A stretch of DNA of 64,000 bases from a virus, in the IMG/VR virus record IMGVR_UViG_3300047476_000704, positions 96,001 to 160,000 of that record; one strand, given 5' to 3'. A program made the translations under genes and the position numbers. Shown here piece after piece: positions 8,156 through 18,550 of this stretch. The notes below the pieces were generated by a model. It saw only the letters and a list, made by a program, of their open reading frames with translations. It was not told the DNA's origin and did not search any database. Within the stretch, counting starts at the first letter, position 1. Each line of letters begins with the position of its first letter.

Positions 8156-11100
8156 TTAAAATGAACCACCATCAATTGTATTACTCATCACAAAATCAGT
8201 TCCGTTCCATTGTGCAATATCACCAGCCGTTGTAGGTGCTGCTATAAACTCAATGTTATCAGTTAAACCTCTAAACGCCAATCGTTTAGTTGAAGAACCT
8301 CCCGGCACATTTAGTGATGCCGTTACCGCAGGTGCTATAATATTTACAGATGAACTGAATGATGTACTAGCATGCACATACTTCAATGATGCACTTGCCC
8401 CTGCAATCTCAATACCAGCTCCATCGGATGTTGCTGATGATGTAGAACCACTTGCTAATGTGATTAGTTTGTCTTCTACATAAAGTTGTCCAGTATTTAG
8501 GGATGTAGTATCACCTTGTACTATTAAATTACCACCAACTATTACATCATTGGTTGTTGTTAAACTATTAAATGTTACATTATTTTTAGTTCCTACTGCT
8601 TGGATTGAACCAGAACCTTCTAATGTTACAACTCTACCTGCTAACGATGCACTTAAAGTAGTTTCACCAGCTGCACTTGCAGAGAATTGTGTATAAACTG
8701 AACTACTCAAAGTGTTTAACGCAGTTGCTGCACTACCACTATAAGCCGATGCCGATGCAAATGCTCCAGCAGCCGCTTGTGTAGCTATTGTAATGTTATC
8801 AGTTTGAGTGTTGTTCGTTGTTGCGATTGAACCACTCAAAGTGTTTAACGCAGTTGCTGCACTACCACTATAAGCCGATGCCGATGCGAATGCTCCAGCA
8901 GCCGCTTGTGTAGCTATTGTAATGTTATCAGTTTGTGTATTATTTGTTGTTGCTATACTACCACTTAAAGTGTTGATTGTAGTGTAGAACGAACCACTAT
9001 AAGCGGATGCAGAAGCAAATGCCCCAGCTGCTGCTTGAGTGGCGATTGTAATGTTATCGGTTTGAGTGTTGTTCGTTGTTGCAATTGAACCACTCAATGT
9101 ATTGATTGTAGTGTAGAACGAACCACTATAAGCGGATGCGGATGCAAATGCCCCAGCTGCTGCCTGTGTAGCGATTGTAATATTATCAGTTTGAGTGTTG
9201 TTTGTAGTTGCAATACTACCACTTAAAGTTGATATTGATGTTGCCGTTGCCGATGCTACCGAAGAACTTACTGCAAATCCACTTGCCGCAATACTAGCTG
9301 ATAAAGCCGTTTGAGAAGCGATACTTGCAGAGAACGATGTTGCTGAACTTGCTGAGTTAGCCGTTATTGTTGCTATACTCGCAGAGAACGATGTTGCTGC
9401 ACTTGCAGAGTTAGCCGTTACCGTAGCCGCACTTGCACTAAATGATGTTGCTACCGAAGCACTATCGGTATAGTAAGATTGTGTAAATGCTAAATATGAA
9501 CCAGATATAGTTTCTAAATTAGCAACCCGTGTTCCTAATGAACCACCACCACCAATTGAACTTTCAATTGTATCCAATCTACTACCAACCGATTGTGAGT
9601 ATGCGCTTACATTACCAATACCAGTAATTGTAGATGAACTAATTAAACCAGTTGTATATAAATCACCAGCAATATTTACAAATGCCGAACTAGCTGAAAT
9701 AATTGAGTTACCAATATGGTCATCCCCAGTTGCTACTGGAACATATCCAGCAGTTAAACCAACTTCCTGCCCTAATGAACCCGTATTTTTAGGTCCAGCA
9801 ATAAGTATAGCCGAATTATATGGTGCACCACTATCGGCCGGATGTTCGTATAACCAATGATTATTTACACTATCCCACCAAAGAGAACCCGTTCCACCTG
9901 CGGAGCCAGAGTCTCTAACAGATATACCACCAAATCTAATAGCAGGGGAGTCTGTATTTAGTAATACAGTATTTGTACCAATATCAACTGCAGATGCAGT
10001 AATATTTTGTAATGATGATTCACCTTGTACAATTAAATTTGCACTAACATAAAGAGAACCCGTAATAGTTTGAGTTCCAGTAAAAATATTATCACCAGTT
10101 AATTTAGCGAATGTTGAATATGCACTACCACTATATGAATTTAATGCGGTTGCCGCACTACCACTATAAGCCGATGCCGATGCAAATGCTCCAGCTGCTG
10201 CTTGCGTAGCAGTTGTTATATTATCGGTTTGTGTATTGTTTGTAGTTGCAATTGAAGCAGATAGAGCAGTTACACTAGCCGCACTTGCGGAGAATGAAGT
10301 TGCTACCGAAGAACTAAAATTACCAGTTACACTTGCTACCGATGCACTTAATGCAGTTGTTGTAGCAGTTGATGCGGAGAATTGTGTATAAACCGAACCA
10401 CTTAAAGTGTTGATTGTAGTGAAGAAACTACCACTATATGCACTAGCCGATGCAAATGCCCCAGCTGCTGCTTGTGTAGCTGTTGTGATGTTATCAGTTT
10501 GGGTATTATTAGTAGTTGCAATTGAACTACTTAAAGTATTTAATGCAGTTGCTGCACTACCACTATATGCAGATGCGGAAGCGAATGCTCCAGCTGCAGC
10601 TGCCGTAGCAGTAGATATGTTATCACTTTGAGTATTGTTTGTTGTTGCAATTGAACCACTTAAAGTATCTAATGCAGAAGCGGCTGATGCACTATTTGCA
10701 GTTATAGTTGCTAAACTAGCAGATAAACGAGTGTTTACCGAACCAGAGTATGTACCATCAAAATATGATTGAGATGCTTCTAATGCATCTACTCTCGAAC
10801 CAATACCAGTTCCACCGCCACCAATTGATGATTCTAAACTATCTAATCTACTATCAACTGAACTTGAGAATGGTTGGATGTTACCAACTAAATTGATTGC
10901 TTCGTTTCCATCACTACCAAGCAAATATAATGTAGAACTTCCACTTGCGTAGTAAGGAACACCATTTAATAAACCGTTATATACGGAAGCAGAAAATACA
11001 TTTGGATTTCCAGCACCACGTAAGAATCGGTTAGCTGCTACTACCGAACCACTTTCTGGAACGATAAATGCAATTGCAGTACCATTGGTTAGTGTTAGAT

Positions 11101-11203
11101 TTGATGAACCGGTTGCAAATACCAATTCACCTTTTTGTAATGAACCGGTAACCGAACTCAAGTTCTCTAAACTACCGCGTCTGTGTTTAATTATTTGTGC
11201 CAT
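8156..11203 (-). CDS. Long Ala/Ser/Thr-rich fibre with 43-aa repeats
   Basis: IIKHRRG...GEL N-terminal module, seven 43-aa repeats, ends IDGGSF. Confidence 0.75.
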   Translation of the reverse strand: MAQIIKHRRGSLENLSSVTGSLQKGELVFATGSSNLTLTNGTAIAFIVPESGSVVAANRFLRGAGNPNVFSASVYNGLLNGVPYYASGSSTLYLLGSDGNEAINLVGNIQPFSSSVDSRLDSLESSIGGGGTGIGSRVDALEASQSYFDGTYSGSVNTRLSASLATITANSASAASALDTLSGSIATTNNTQSDNISTATAAAAGAFASASAYSGSAATALNTLSSSIATTNNTQTDNITTATQAAAGAFASASAYSGSFFTTINTLSGSVYTQFSASTATTTALSASVASVTGNFSSSVATSFSASAASVTALSASIATTNNTQTDNITTATQAAAGAFASASAYSGSAATALNSYSGSAYSTFAKLTGDNIFTGTQTITGSLYVSANLIVQGESSLQNITASAVDIGTNTVLLNTDSPAIRFGGISVRDSGSAGGTGSLWWDSVNNHWLYEHPADSGAPYNSAILIAGPKNTGSLGQEVGLTAGYVPVATGDDHIGNSIISASSAFVNIAGDLYTTGLISSSTITGIGNVSAYSQSVGSRLDTIESSIGGGGSLGTRVANLETISGSYLAFTQSYYTDSASVATSFSASAATVTANSASAATSFSASIATITANSASSATSFSASIASQTALSASIAASGFAVSSSVASATATSISTLSGSIATTNNTQTDNITIATQAAAGAFASASAYSGSFYTTINTLSGSIATTNNTQTDNITIATQAAAGAFASASAYSGSFYTTINTLSGSIATTNNTQTDNITIATQAAAGAFASASAYSGSAATALNTLSGSIATTNNTQTDNITIATQAAAGAFASASAYSGSAATALNTLSSSVYTQFSASAAGETTLSASLAGRVVTLEGSGSIQAVGTKNNVTFNSLTTTNDVIVGGNLIVQGDTTSLNTGQLYVEDKLITLASGSTSSATSDGAGIEIAGASASLKYVHASTSFSSSVNIIAPAVTASLNVPGGSSTKRLAFRGLTDNIEFIAAPTTAGDIAQWNGTDFVMSNTIDGGSF
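8714..9229 (-). repeat. Four tandem 129-nt coding repeats
   Basis: TLSGSIATTNNTQTDNITIATQAAAGAFASASAYSGS(FYTTIN/AATALN) x4, with synonymous divergence between copies. Confidence 0.9.
10139..10666 (-). repeat. Three further copies of the 129-nt repeat (two tandem, one offset)
   Basis: Copies at about 10538-10666, 10409-10537 and 10139-10267. Confidence 0.85.
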
Positions 11204-11275
11204 CTTTGTCTGTTATTCCCAAATTTATTAGTTGTATATAAATATCATAAAAACCTAATAATAATCATTTTATTT

Positions 11276-11548
11276 TTAGAACTCACCAGAGTCCATAACG
11301 GAAGTTGTAACCTCTAATTCGTAATCAGTTGCGTAAGTAGTGTTCAATGATGCGGTAAATGTTCCGTAATCGCCTGCTGCCATCAATTCAACTTGTGCCG
11401 ATGAGGAAATTATACCATCAGGTAGTACACCTACAACCGATGAACTTACAATTGATATTACCGATTGAGAAAAATCCGAACCGATTTCAGCTGCTGCTTC
11501 TAATGAAGAACCACTTTCTATTTGTTTTAATGCTATAAATGTTGCCAT
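11276..11548 (-). CDS. Small structural protein
   Basis: Intact ORF inside the fibre operon; ends MDSGEF like its neighbours. Confidence 0.55.
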   Translation of the reverse strand: MATFIALKQIESGSSLEAAAEIGSDFSQSVISIVSSSVVGVLPDGIISSSAQVELMAAGDYGTFTASLNTTYATDYELEVTTSVMDSGEF

Positions 11549-11550
11549 AG

Positions 11551-12279
11551 TTATATTCCGTAAGTTGATTTTATTGCGTTGTAGTTTTGTGTTATTTCTG
11601 CGCCTGATAATGCTTTATTATATAATCTCATTTGATAAAATACAGGATAGTTTGCTGAATTTGAGTTATTCAGTTTATCAGTTGCACCCGTTCCTGCATT
11701 AGTATGTCTTGCACCAAATAAAAATTCAGATGTAGCATAAGTACTAGGATTATTAAGTGTAGCAGTTGTACCTAATTGACTTCCATTTAAATATAAACTT
11801 TTACTTGTCCCATTTATAACAAATATCCAATGTCTAATAGCATTACTTGCAGTTATAGTTGCAGCAGTAGTATTTGCAGTTGGTGAACCCCATGTTATTG
11901 TAGTTGCATTTGGCATATAAGCAAAATAACCTCTACTAAAACTGTAAGCTTCATTACCCCAAATTGTTGCCCAATGTGATGTTGGATTAAATGATGCTAC
12001 AATTTCAATAGTAGATGTTGTACTTGCTACATTATATGGAACGCTGATATAATCAGTTCCCGTATATGCAGCATTGTTTAATCTTATACCACCCCCATTG
12101 TTTGATACATAAGTTGGAGTTCCTTGTAATGTAGCATTGTATCCATTTCCACTCACATCAGTCCAAGTTGTTCCAGATGATGGTGCAGTTTGTAAATTAA
12201 AAACCAATCCGCTAGTAACAAATGGAGATGATACTACATTTCTTGTTACCGTATATCCATTATCAAATATCAATGCCAT
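11551..12279 (-). CDS. LamG/concanavalin A-like jelly-roll protein
   Basis: GLVFNL...TWTDVSGNG.NATL...LYLNGS...RLYNKALS..EITQNYNA. Confidence 0.8.
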   Translation of the reverse strand: MALIFDNGYTVTRNVVSSPFVTSGLVFNLQTAPSSGTTWTDVSGNGYNATLQGTPTYVSNNGGGIRLNNAAYTGTDYISVPYNVASTTSTIEIVASFNPTSHWATIWGNEAYSFSRGYFAYMPNATTITWGSPTANTTAATITASNAIRHWIFVINGTSKSLYLNGSQLGTTATLNNPSTYATSEFLFGARHTNAGTGATDKLNNSNSANYPVFYQMRLYNKALSGAEITQNYNAIKSTYGI

Positions 12280-12283
12280 AATG

Positions 12284-13063
12284 TTATTTTATATAAACTG
12301 CTAATGTATTAAAGTTTGTTGTAATTGCATTTTGAATTGTTGTTACATTTGCCAAACCATATACAGTATTATTTAATCTGTTTGTCCAACCTCCCGTTCC
12401 TAATGCATTTCCACTTCGACCATAAGGTGCATCAGGATATACATTTGTAGGTCCTGCTACTGTCCACCAGTTTGCCGCATCATACAACCAATCACAAGGT
12501 GCCGCTACATTATATGATGATGCAGTCATAAAAGTATAACCCTTTATAGCAGACCAACTACCAGTTAGTGGAGCCGATAGTTTTAATGTATAAGTACCAC
12601 TACCCGTTGCTAAATCCAATGCGTTTGGATTTGAATAAACAACCGAATGTGCTATACTACAACTTGCCAAATGTGGTTGAACCGATGCGGTTGATGCCAT
12701 TCTCATTACTCTACTACATTGTGCACTACCAGTTGCACTATACCATAATTTTTCAGTATCAGCTATGTGTTTATTAAATGAACCAACACTACCACTAAAC
12801 ATATTTGGATACGGATAACCAACAAATGAAGCATTTGAACCAGATGGATTATATGCTACTAACATCCAACCCCCACCATTATCGGTTTGATTACAATAAA
12901 CTTGCATAGAACTTGTCATCATTCCCGTTTGAATGTAATACCAACCATTTGTAGTTTGCCCATTATTATACAATTGAACTGCCGATGTGGCGGGATTATC
13001 TATTGTACCCAATGTAGTTGTTCTACGAAGTATGTTTACTCCACCTGTAAATGTAATACTCAT
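12284..13063 (-). CDS. Protein with a fibrinogen C-terminal-like domain
   Basis: NGWYYIQ...QVYCNQTDNGGGWMLV matches the G.Y.I...VYCD..TDGGGW.LV signature. Confidence 0.75.
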   Translation of the reverse strand: MSITFTGGVNILRRTTTLGTIDNPATSAVQLYNNGQTTNGWYYIQTGMMTSSMQVYCNQTDNGGGWMLVAYNPSGSNASFVGYPYPNMFSGSVGSFNKHIADTEKLWYSATGSAQCSRVMRMASTASVQPHLASCSIAHSVVYSNPNALDLATGSGTYTLKLSAPLTGSWSAIKGYTFMTASSYNVAAPCDWLYDAANWWTVAGPTNVYPDAPYGRSGNALGTGGWTNRLNNTVYGLANVTTIQNAITTNFNTLAVYIK

Positions 13064-13070
13064 AACCTTA

Positions 13071-15968
13071 TTATCCTATATATGCTACCGAAAAATTATC
13101 GTTTGAATCAAATGAAATTTCACCCGTTGCTACTACCATTTTAAGTGTATCACCCACTGCTAATTTGGAAATAGTAGAACCACCCGTATGATTCATAGTA
13201 GTATTTGTACCAAATTCAATCATTACCTGTGGAGTTCCAGTAGTTCCAGTTGTATTATTTTTATATACAATAAGTTGAGATATTGTACCCAAACTATTTG
13301 AGTTTGTTCTACAAACCAAATTAACTTGATATAACCCAGCAATTGGTGCAGTAAAGGTACCTGTTGAATTATCCCAACCACTACCTTGTTGATAATCTAC
13401 ATTTAGATAACTACCCGTTAATGGTGTTACTGCTACTTTTGCTCCACCAGCACCAGTTACCCTAAATGCAGGTCTATTTGGCATTGTGATTGAACCACTT
13501 GCTATACTCAATGAACCTGTTACAAATGTTGAACCAGTTATCAATAATGAACCAGTTATTTGCTGTGAACCACTTAATATAATTGTACTACCACTTGTCA
13601 ATATCAATGATGAGCTTGTTGCTATGATTGATGAATCACTAACAAATGTAGAACTTACAGTCAATGAACCAGTTATACCAACTGAACCACTATATTGAGA
13701 TAAACTAAAAGTTGTACCTTGTACACCCTGTGTACCTTGTACTCCTTGTGTACCTTGGTTTCCTTGTGGGCCTTGATTACCCTGCGGGCCTTGATTACCC
13801 TGCGCTCCACTACCGGTTGCCCCTTGGTTACCTTGCGGGCCTTGATTACCTTGTGTACCATTAGAACCATTAGAACCTTGATTACCTTGAGGTCCTTGAA
13901 CACCTTGTGTACCTTGGTTTCCTTGAGGCCCTTGCGAACCTTGTGTTCCTTGTGAACCTGCTGAACCTGATATATTTCGTATTCTAGTATCTAATGATGA
14001 ACTGAATGATGTTAGTGAACCAGTTAGTTCTGTGAAGTTTGTAGAACCAGATAAAATTAGTGAACCAGTTATTTCTAATGTACCACCATTTTTAATATAC
14101 AAATTACTACCACTTGTCAATGTAAATGATGAAGTGTTTGTTAGTAATGCAGAATCACTAATTCCAATTGAACTTACAGTTAATGAACCAGTAATACCAA
14201 CCGAACCGCTGTATTGCGAAATATTAAATGTTGTACCTTGTGTACCCTGATTTCCTTGCGGTCCTTGATTACCCTGTGGTCCTTGGTTTCCTTGCGTACC
14301 ATTTGTACCATTAGCTCCTTGATTACCTTGCGTACCTTGTGGTCCTTGACTTCCCTGTGGGCCCTGTGAACCACCTGAACCAGATATATTTCGGATTCTA
14401 TTATCTAATGATGCGCTAAATGATTGTAATGAACCAGTTATTTCAGTAAAATTAGCAGAACCAGATACTACCAATGAACCAGTCATAATTTGATTACCAT
14501 CAAAAATATTACTACCTTTTGTAGCTAAATTTGGTGCACCATATACATTACCTGGTACAGTCAAATCACCATTGTTATCAAATTCCCAAGCATAATCACC
14601 ATCTCCGGCATCGGTAGTCAATACAATACTATCGTTGATACCAACTACAATATTTATATTATCACCAGATGCACCAGTTATTTGGTTTATTAACCCGTCG
14701 TGGCTAAACACAACACCACCTACTGATGTGTAAAAATTACCATCATTACCAAATCTATAATTAGAATTGTTTGATGTAACTCTAATATCACCAGATGAAG
14801 ATATATGAATATCATCATCATTTTGATATATTTGAGTTCCGTTATTGAAAATTACACTTCCACTCACATATTGTGAACCACTAAATTGATTTGAACCAGT
14901 AGTTGCTAAATTAGCTATTGATGGTATTGAATTTATTATATTTGTTAAATTGTCTGTAATAGTATAACCCGTTGAATTATTAACCACATTAGTATCACCA
15001 ATAACTCCTGCTAAATATCCATCAGTAATTATACCATTTCCCGCATTAGCAGAACGAAGATAAACATCACCATCTGCATCAAAAACAATATCACCAGAAG
15101 TTGCTACTAATGTTATATCCGAATTTGTAATTGTATCAGTTGTAAAAGTAAAATCCGCAACATCAGCTGCTGTACCACTTGCACCCTGATTACCTTGTGG
15201 TCCTTGACTACCTTGTACACCAGCAGCTCCCGATGTTCCTGATGTACCATTTCCACCTGCAGCACCATCTAAATTAGTTGTCCAATTTGTAAATGAACCT
15301 AATGCATTTATATTCGTAACATTTAATACCAATACACCAGTATTACTATCATAAGATACAACATCACCATGAAAATGTTCTGTTAATGAATGCGCTACAA
15401 TAATGTGTTGAGCTACTGTATATGATAAACCAGCCGATGTTGTTAGTGTTTTATTTACACCCGTATTTAAGGTTGATAAATCAATAGTATCTGTCGATGT
15501 TCCAATATAGATACCACTTTCACCCGATGTACCAGATGTACCAGTAGTTCCAGATGTTCCATTTGCACCTTGATTGCCTTGAGGTCCTTGTACCCCACTA
15601 CTACCAGCAGTTCCATTTATACCTTGAGGTCCAATTGGTCCTTGATTGCCTTGCGGGCCCGTTGCTCCACTTGTCCCACTTGTACCAGATGTTCCCGTTG
15701 AAACTGATGATGAAATTTCGTTTATTCTACTATGGAACGATGCAGAATTTGTATTAAATATTGTGGTAGCTAATTTAGTATCAAGTGAATTACTCAATGC
15801 AGTTGTTACTAAATCCGTTGCAAATGTAGTATCTAGCGAAGATGTTAATTGGTTTATTGAAATTTTATAAGTTGTACTACCAGATATACCAACCACAAAA
15901 GTTGTATCTAATGTAGCAGGACTTAATGCAGGTAATTCCGATATTTTTTTTGTTGGTGTAAATCTCAT
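13071..15968 (-). CDS. Collagen-containing fibre with C-terminal C1q-like domain
   Basis: KKISELP N-terminus, several GxQ collagen blocks, C-terminal PAFRV...WDNSTGTFTAPIAGLYQVNL...LAVGDTL...FSVAYIG. Confidence 0.8.
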   Translation of the reverse strand: MRFTPTKKISELPALSPATLDTTFVVGISGSTTYKISINQLTSSLDTTFATDLVTTALSNSLDTKLATTIFNTNSASFHSRINEISSSVSTGTSGTSGTSGATGPQGNQGPIGPQGINGTAGSSGVQGPQGNQGANGTSGTTGTSGTSGESGIYIGTSTDTIDLSTLNTGVNKTLTTSAGLSYTVAQHIIVAHSLTEHFHGDVVSYDSNTGVLVLNVTNINALGSFTNWTTNLDGAAGGNGTSGTSGAAGVQGSQGPQGNQGASGTAADVADFTFTTDTITNSDITLVATSGDIVFDADGDVYLRSANAGNGIITDGYLAGVIGDTNVVNNSTGYTITDNLTNIINSIPSIANLATTGSNQFSGSQYVSGSVIFNNGTQIYQNDDDIHISSSGDIRVTSNNSNYRFGNDGNFYTSVGGVVFSHDGLINQITGASGDNINIVVGINDSIVLTTDAGDGDYAWEFDNNGDLTVPGNVYGAPNLATKGSNIFDGNQIMTGSLVVSGSANFTEITGSLQSFSASLDNRIRNISGSGGSQGPQGSQGPQGTQGNQGANGTNGTQGNQGPQGNQGPQGNQGTQGTTFNISQYSGSVGITGSLTVSSIGISDSALLTNTSSFTLTSGSNLYIKNGGTLEITGSLILSGSTNFTELTGSLTSFSSSLDTRIRNISGSAGSQGTQGSQGPQGNQGTQGVQGPQGNQGSNGSNGTQGNQGPQGNQGATGSGAQGNQGPQGNQGPQGNQGTQGVQGTQGVQGTTFSLSQYSGSVGITGSLTVSSTFVSDSSIIATSSSLILTSGSTIILSGSQQITGSLLITGSTFVTGSLSIASGSITMPNRPAFRVTGAGGAKVAVTPLTGSYLNVDYQQGSGWDNSTGTFTAPIAGLYQVNLVCRTNSNSLGTISQLIVYKNNTTGTTGTPQVMIEFGTNTTMNHTGGSTISKLAVGDTLKMVVATGEISFDSNDNFSVAYIG

Positions 15969-15969
15969 C

Positions 15970-16671
15970 TTATATTACTAATCCTAAATCGTTTTCAGTA
16001 TCTATTATATTTGTATTTAATTCAGTTACAAGGAATATATCATTAAATGCACCACAAATTAAAAAGTTATCTTTCACTAACCCATTTATTAATGAAAATT
16101 TTTCCATTGTAACAACCATATTTGATTTATCATTAAATGAAACTTTATAATCAGTTACATCCAATCGCATTCCACTTACATAAATATCAAAATCTTTTGA
16201 TGTCAAACTATCATATCCTTGCATTGGTGCTTTTGTTGTTATAGTTGCAACATAATAAGTATCATATTCAACTAACAAATCCGGATGTAGTTTAGTATCA
16301 CTTGCTATAAAATCAAACATATCCAATTTATAATCCAATATTTTATCCAAATAATTTGGTTGTACATTTGGTATCGGATTACTTTTTGCTTTTGATGGAG
16401 TTGGTAATGGTTTATCTGCTAATACAGAACCAGTCTCATCGTTCAACACCATATTTACAAACATAGTTGTTTTATCTAATTCTTCATTTTTTATTAGATT
16501 TAATATTGGTGCCGCTCCAATCACTTTTGTTTTTGATGGAATTGGTTCGGGTCTTTCTGCCAATGTAGAACCAGTTTCATCATTTAGAACCATATTACGC
16601 ATTTTATCAAGCATATCACTATATTGATTTGCTTTTAGATTTTTTGCTAATATATTTGGTCTGTGTTTCAT
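15970..16671 (-). CDS. Hypothetical virion protein
   Basis: Intact ORF; TGATG overlap with the upstream gene; internal duplication NMVLNDETGSxLAxxPxPxPSKxK. Confidence 0.55.
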   Translation of the reverse strand: MKHRPNILAKNLKANQYSDMLDKMRNMVLNDETGSTLAERPEPIPSKTKVIGAAPILNLIKNEELDKTTMFVNMVLNDETGSVLADKPLPTPSKAKSNPIPNVQPNYLDKILDYKLDMFDFIASDTKLHPDLLVEYDTYYVATITTKAPMQGYDSLTSKDFDIYVSGMRLDVTDYKVSFNDKSNMVVTMEKFSLINGLVKDNFLICGAFNDIFLVTELNTNIIDTENDLGLVI

Positions 16672-17000
16672 CAATGTGGTATGTGCTTAAACATTCCAGT
16701 TACTCTTATATCATCTGTCCCATCTATTGTAAATGGAAAATTTGCTCTAATAAATTTTAACAATACTGAATTACCTCTATGATTTTCCAAAATGTAATCA
16801 TTTGGCAATACAGATTGTCCGTTTATATCTACTCTACTCTTTTCAACTACATTTGTAAGAGTTCCTCTTAAACTATCATCAACCAAAATATACCCATCTA
16901 TTATGAATATAATATAAGTTTCATCACTTAAATCGTGAACATCTACTCTATGTGTGCTAGTAGTTACAAAAGGTTTTACTAACTTTTGAAAATTACTCAT
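16671..17000 (-). CDS. Hypothetical protein in the neck operon
   Basis: Intact ORF tightly packed with its neighbours. Confidence 0.55.
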   Translation of the reverse strand: MSNFQKLVKPFVTTSTHRVDVHDLSDETYIIFIIDGYILVDDSLRGTLTNVVEKSRVDINGQSVLPNDYILENHRGNSVLLKFIRANFPFTIDGTDDIRVTGMFKHIPH

Positions 17001-17001
17001 A

Positions 17002-18093
17002 TTAAGCTATTATTTTACCAACAATAGTAACCTCATCGGTTATAGGGTTTAATCCGTATCCCAATTGTCCACCATCAAATGTAACTACATAGTTATTACC
17101 AGTTTGTACACCACTCCAAATAGTTGGTGCTATTTTAACACCATTTATATAAACTTTAACACCATCGGTTGCTGATAATGATAGTTCTTCCGGTGGAGTT
17201 ACTAATCTTGTGTTTGTAAATGATACTACATAAGTATCAGTTATTGTTCCAATCTTACTAGCATACAAATTGATATAATCAAATAGTAATTTATTATCGT
17301 TGTAATCACTCATCGTAATTCCGGCAGTTAATGCATCTCCAACCGATTTGTTTATATCAGTTTCTAATGTAGTAACAATTGCTCTTGTAGATATTGATTT
17401 TTTAATTGTACTTTCGTTATTTGCAGACTCCGGTAAAAGATATGCGTAAGTTGTTAGTGAAAAATTACTACGAACCAATCTTTCTTGATTATCTGTAATT
17501 TCGGTTAAACCCTCAAACCCATCTATTGTGGTTCTAAACTTAAACCCATCACGCTCTCCCCAATACTCTTGACTAGCCCATTGGAATTGCTCAACTATAC
17601 TATTCATATGTTCTGTATAGTTTGTCCAAATCATAATATCGTATGTAACATTTACATAATCTGGCATCGTTATATCAATGATTTCTTTTCTAGGTTTGAA
17701 ATTATTTAACAAAGAAAATTTATCATATCTATTTTTGTTAGAATATCCAACATAAGATTGGTAATGTAATTGACGATTCGGCATTGCCATCGTTTCATTT
17801 GCAGTTTGACCAGTGCGTTTGAACATAACCAATGGTAATTGTATCTTACCCCTTTGGTCACGATATACACCATCTATTTGTGCTGATTTCCATCTTTCTG
17901 CGTTTCCATATATTATAGGAACTGTTATTTCTTTACCATCCAATTTTAATTTTGGAACAATAACATCTCTCATATACGAAAATATTGCCTCATCCACATC
18001 GTATATACTAATACCACGTTTATAGGTAATACCTTCTCTCGGCATTTGTTCTGCACGATTGATTGGTTTGCGTAGTGGATTATTTGTTGCCAT
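17002..18093 (-). CDS. gp15: Tail terminator / sheath stabiliser, T4 gp15-like, with C-terminal extension
   Basis: VPIIYGNAERW...IQLPL...PDYVNVTYDIMIWT.Y.EHMNSIVEQ; follows the gp13/gp14-like genes. Confidence 0.65.
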   Translation of the reverse strand: MATNNPLRKPINRAEQMPREGITYKRGISIYDVDEAIFSYMRDVIVPKLKLDGKEITVPIIYGNAERWKSAQIDGVYRDQRGKIQLPLVMFKRTGQTANETMAMPNRQLHYQSYVGYSNKNRYDKFSLLNNFKPRKEIIDITMPDYVNVTYDIMIWTNYTEHMNSIVEQFQWASQEYWGERDGFKFRTTIDGFEGLTEITDNQERLVRSNFSLTTYAYLLPESANNESTIKKSISTRAIVTTLETDINKSVGDALTAGITMSDYNDNKLLFDYINLYASKIGTITDTYVVSFTNTRLVTPPEELSLSATDGVKVYINGVKIAPTIWSGVQTGNNYVVTFDGGQLGYGLNPITDEVTIVGKIIA

Positions 18094-18094
18094 A

Positions 18095-18550
18095 TTATTC
18101 TACTCTTGGTTTAATGTTCAATTGAGATAAACGAGTCAAACGTGTTGTACATTCAATACCAAAATTATTTTCCGATTGCATACCTACCAATTGTGTTTGG
18201 TTGGTATTTGTAATTTCATAAAAACTATCATTGAAATAAAAGAAATCACCAATTTCTGGATAAATATCTTTTACAATACAAGTATCTTGATTTACTCTTA
18301 CTACTACTTCTTGCTCCGTATCTTGTCCAAAACCATCATATTGTTGTGTTTCATCACCATATTGTAAAACCGCAAATACGGATACTCCATCATAGTATGA
18401 TTTATCCAACGATTCACCATATAGATTTACCTTTGTTTCACCCACTATCAGTTTATAAAAGAACACTTGTGTTTGGATTACCGAATCCACAAGCTCTCTA
18501 CTTATATTTTGAAAAAAATTGTAATCTCTTGTACCTATAAAACGTGGCAT
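18095..18550 (-). CDS. gp14: Head closure / neck protein, T4 gp14-like
   Basis: NLYGES...YPEIGDFFYF...YEI; lies between gp13- and gp15-like genes. Confidence 0.65.
   Translation of the reverse strand: MPRFIGTRDYNFFQNISRELVDSVIQTQVFFYKLIVGETKVNLYGESLDKSYYDGVSVFAVLQYGDETQQYDGFGQDTEQEVVVRVNQDTCIVKDIYPEIGDFFYFNDSFYEITNTNQTQLVGMQSENNFGIECTTRLTRLSQLNIKPRVE

Noticed and set aside
8714-10666. Repeats as a possible CRISPR array
   Set aside because: Units are contiguous, in frame, vary at synonymous positions and have no unique spacers.
5567-14374. Plus-strand and alternate-frame ORFs over the collagen blocks (e.g. 6570..7016, 6628..7002, 13673..13903)
   Set aside because: Periodic by-products of Gly-X-Y repeats.
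15960-16030. Programmed frameshift joining 15970..16671 (LVTE...TE end) to the fibre starting KKISELP
   Set aside because: Clean TAA-G-ATG junction and no slippery heptamer; ordinary translational coupling is sufficient.
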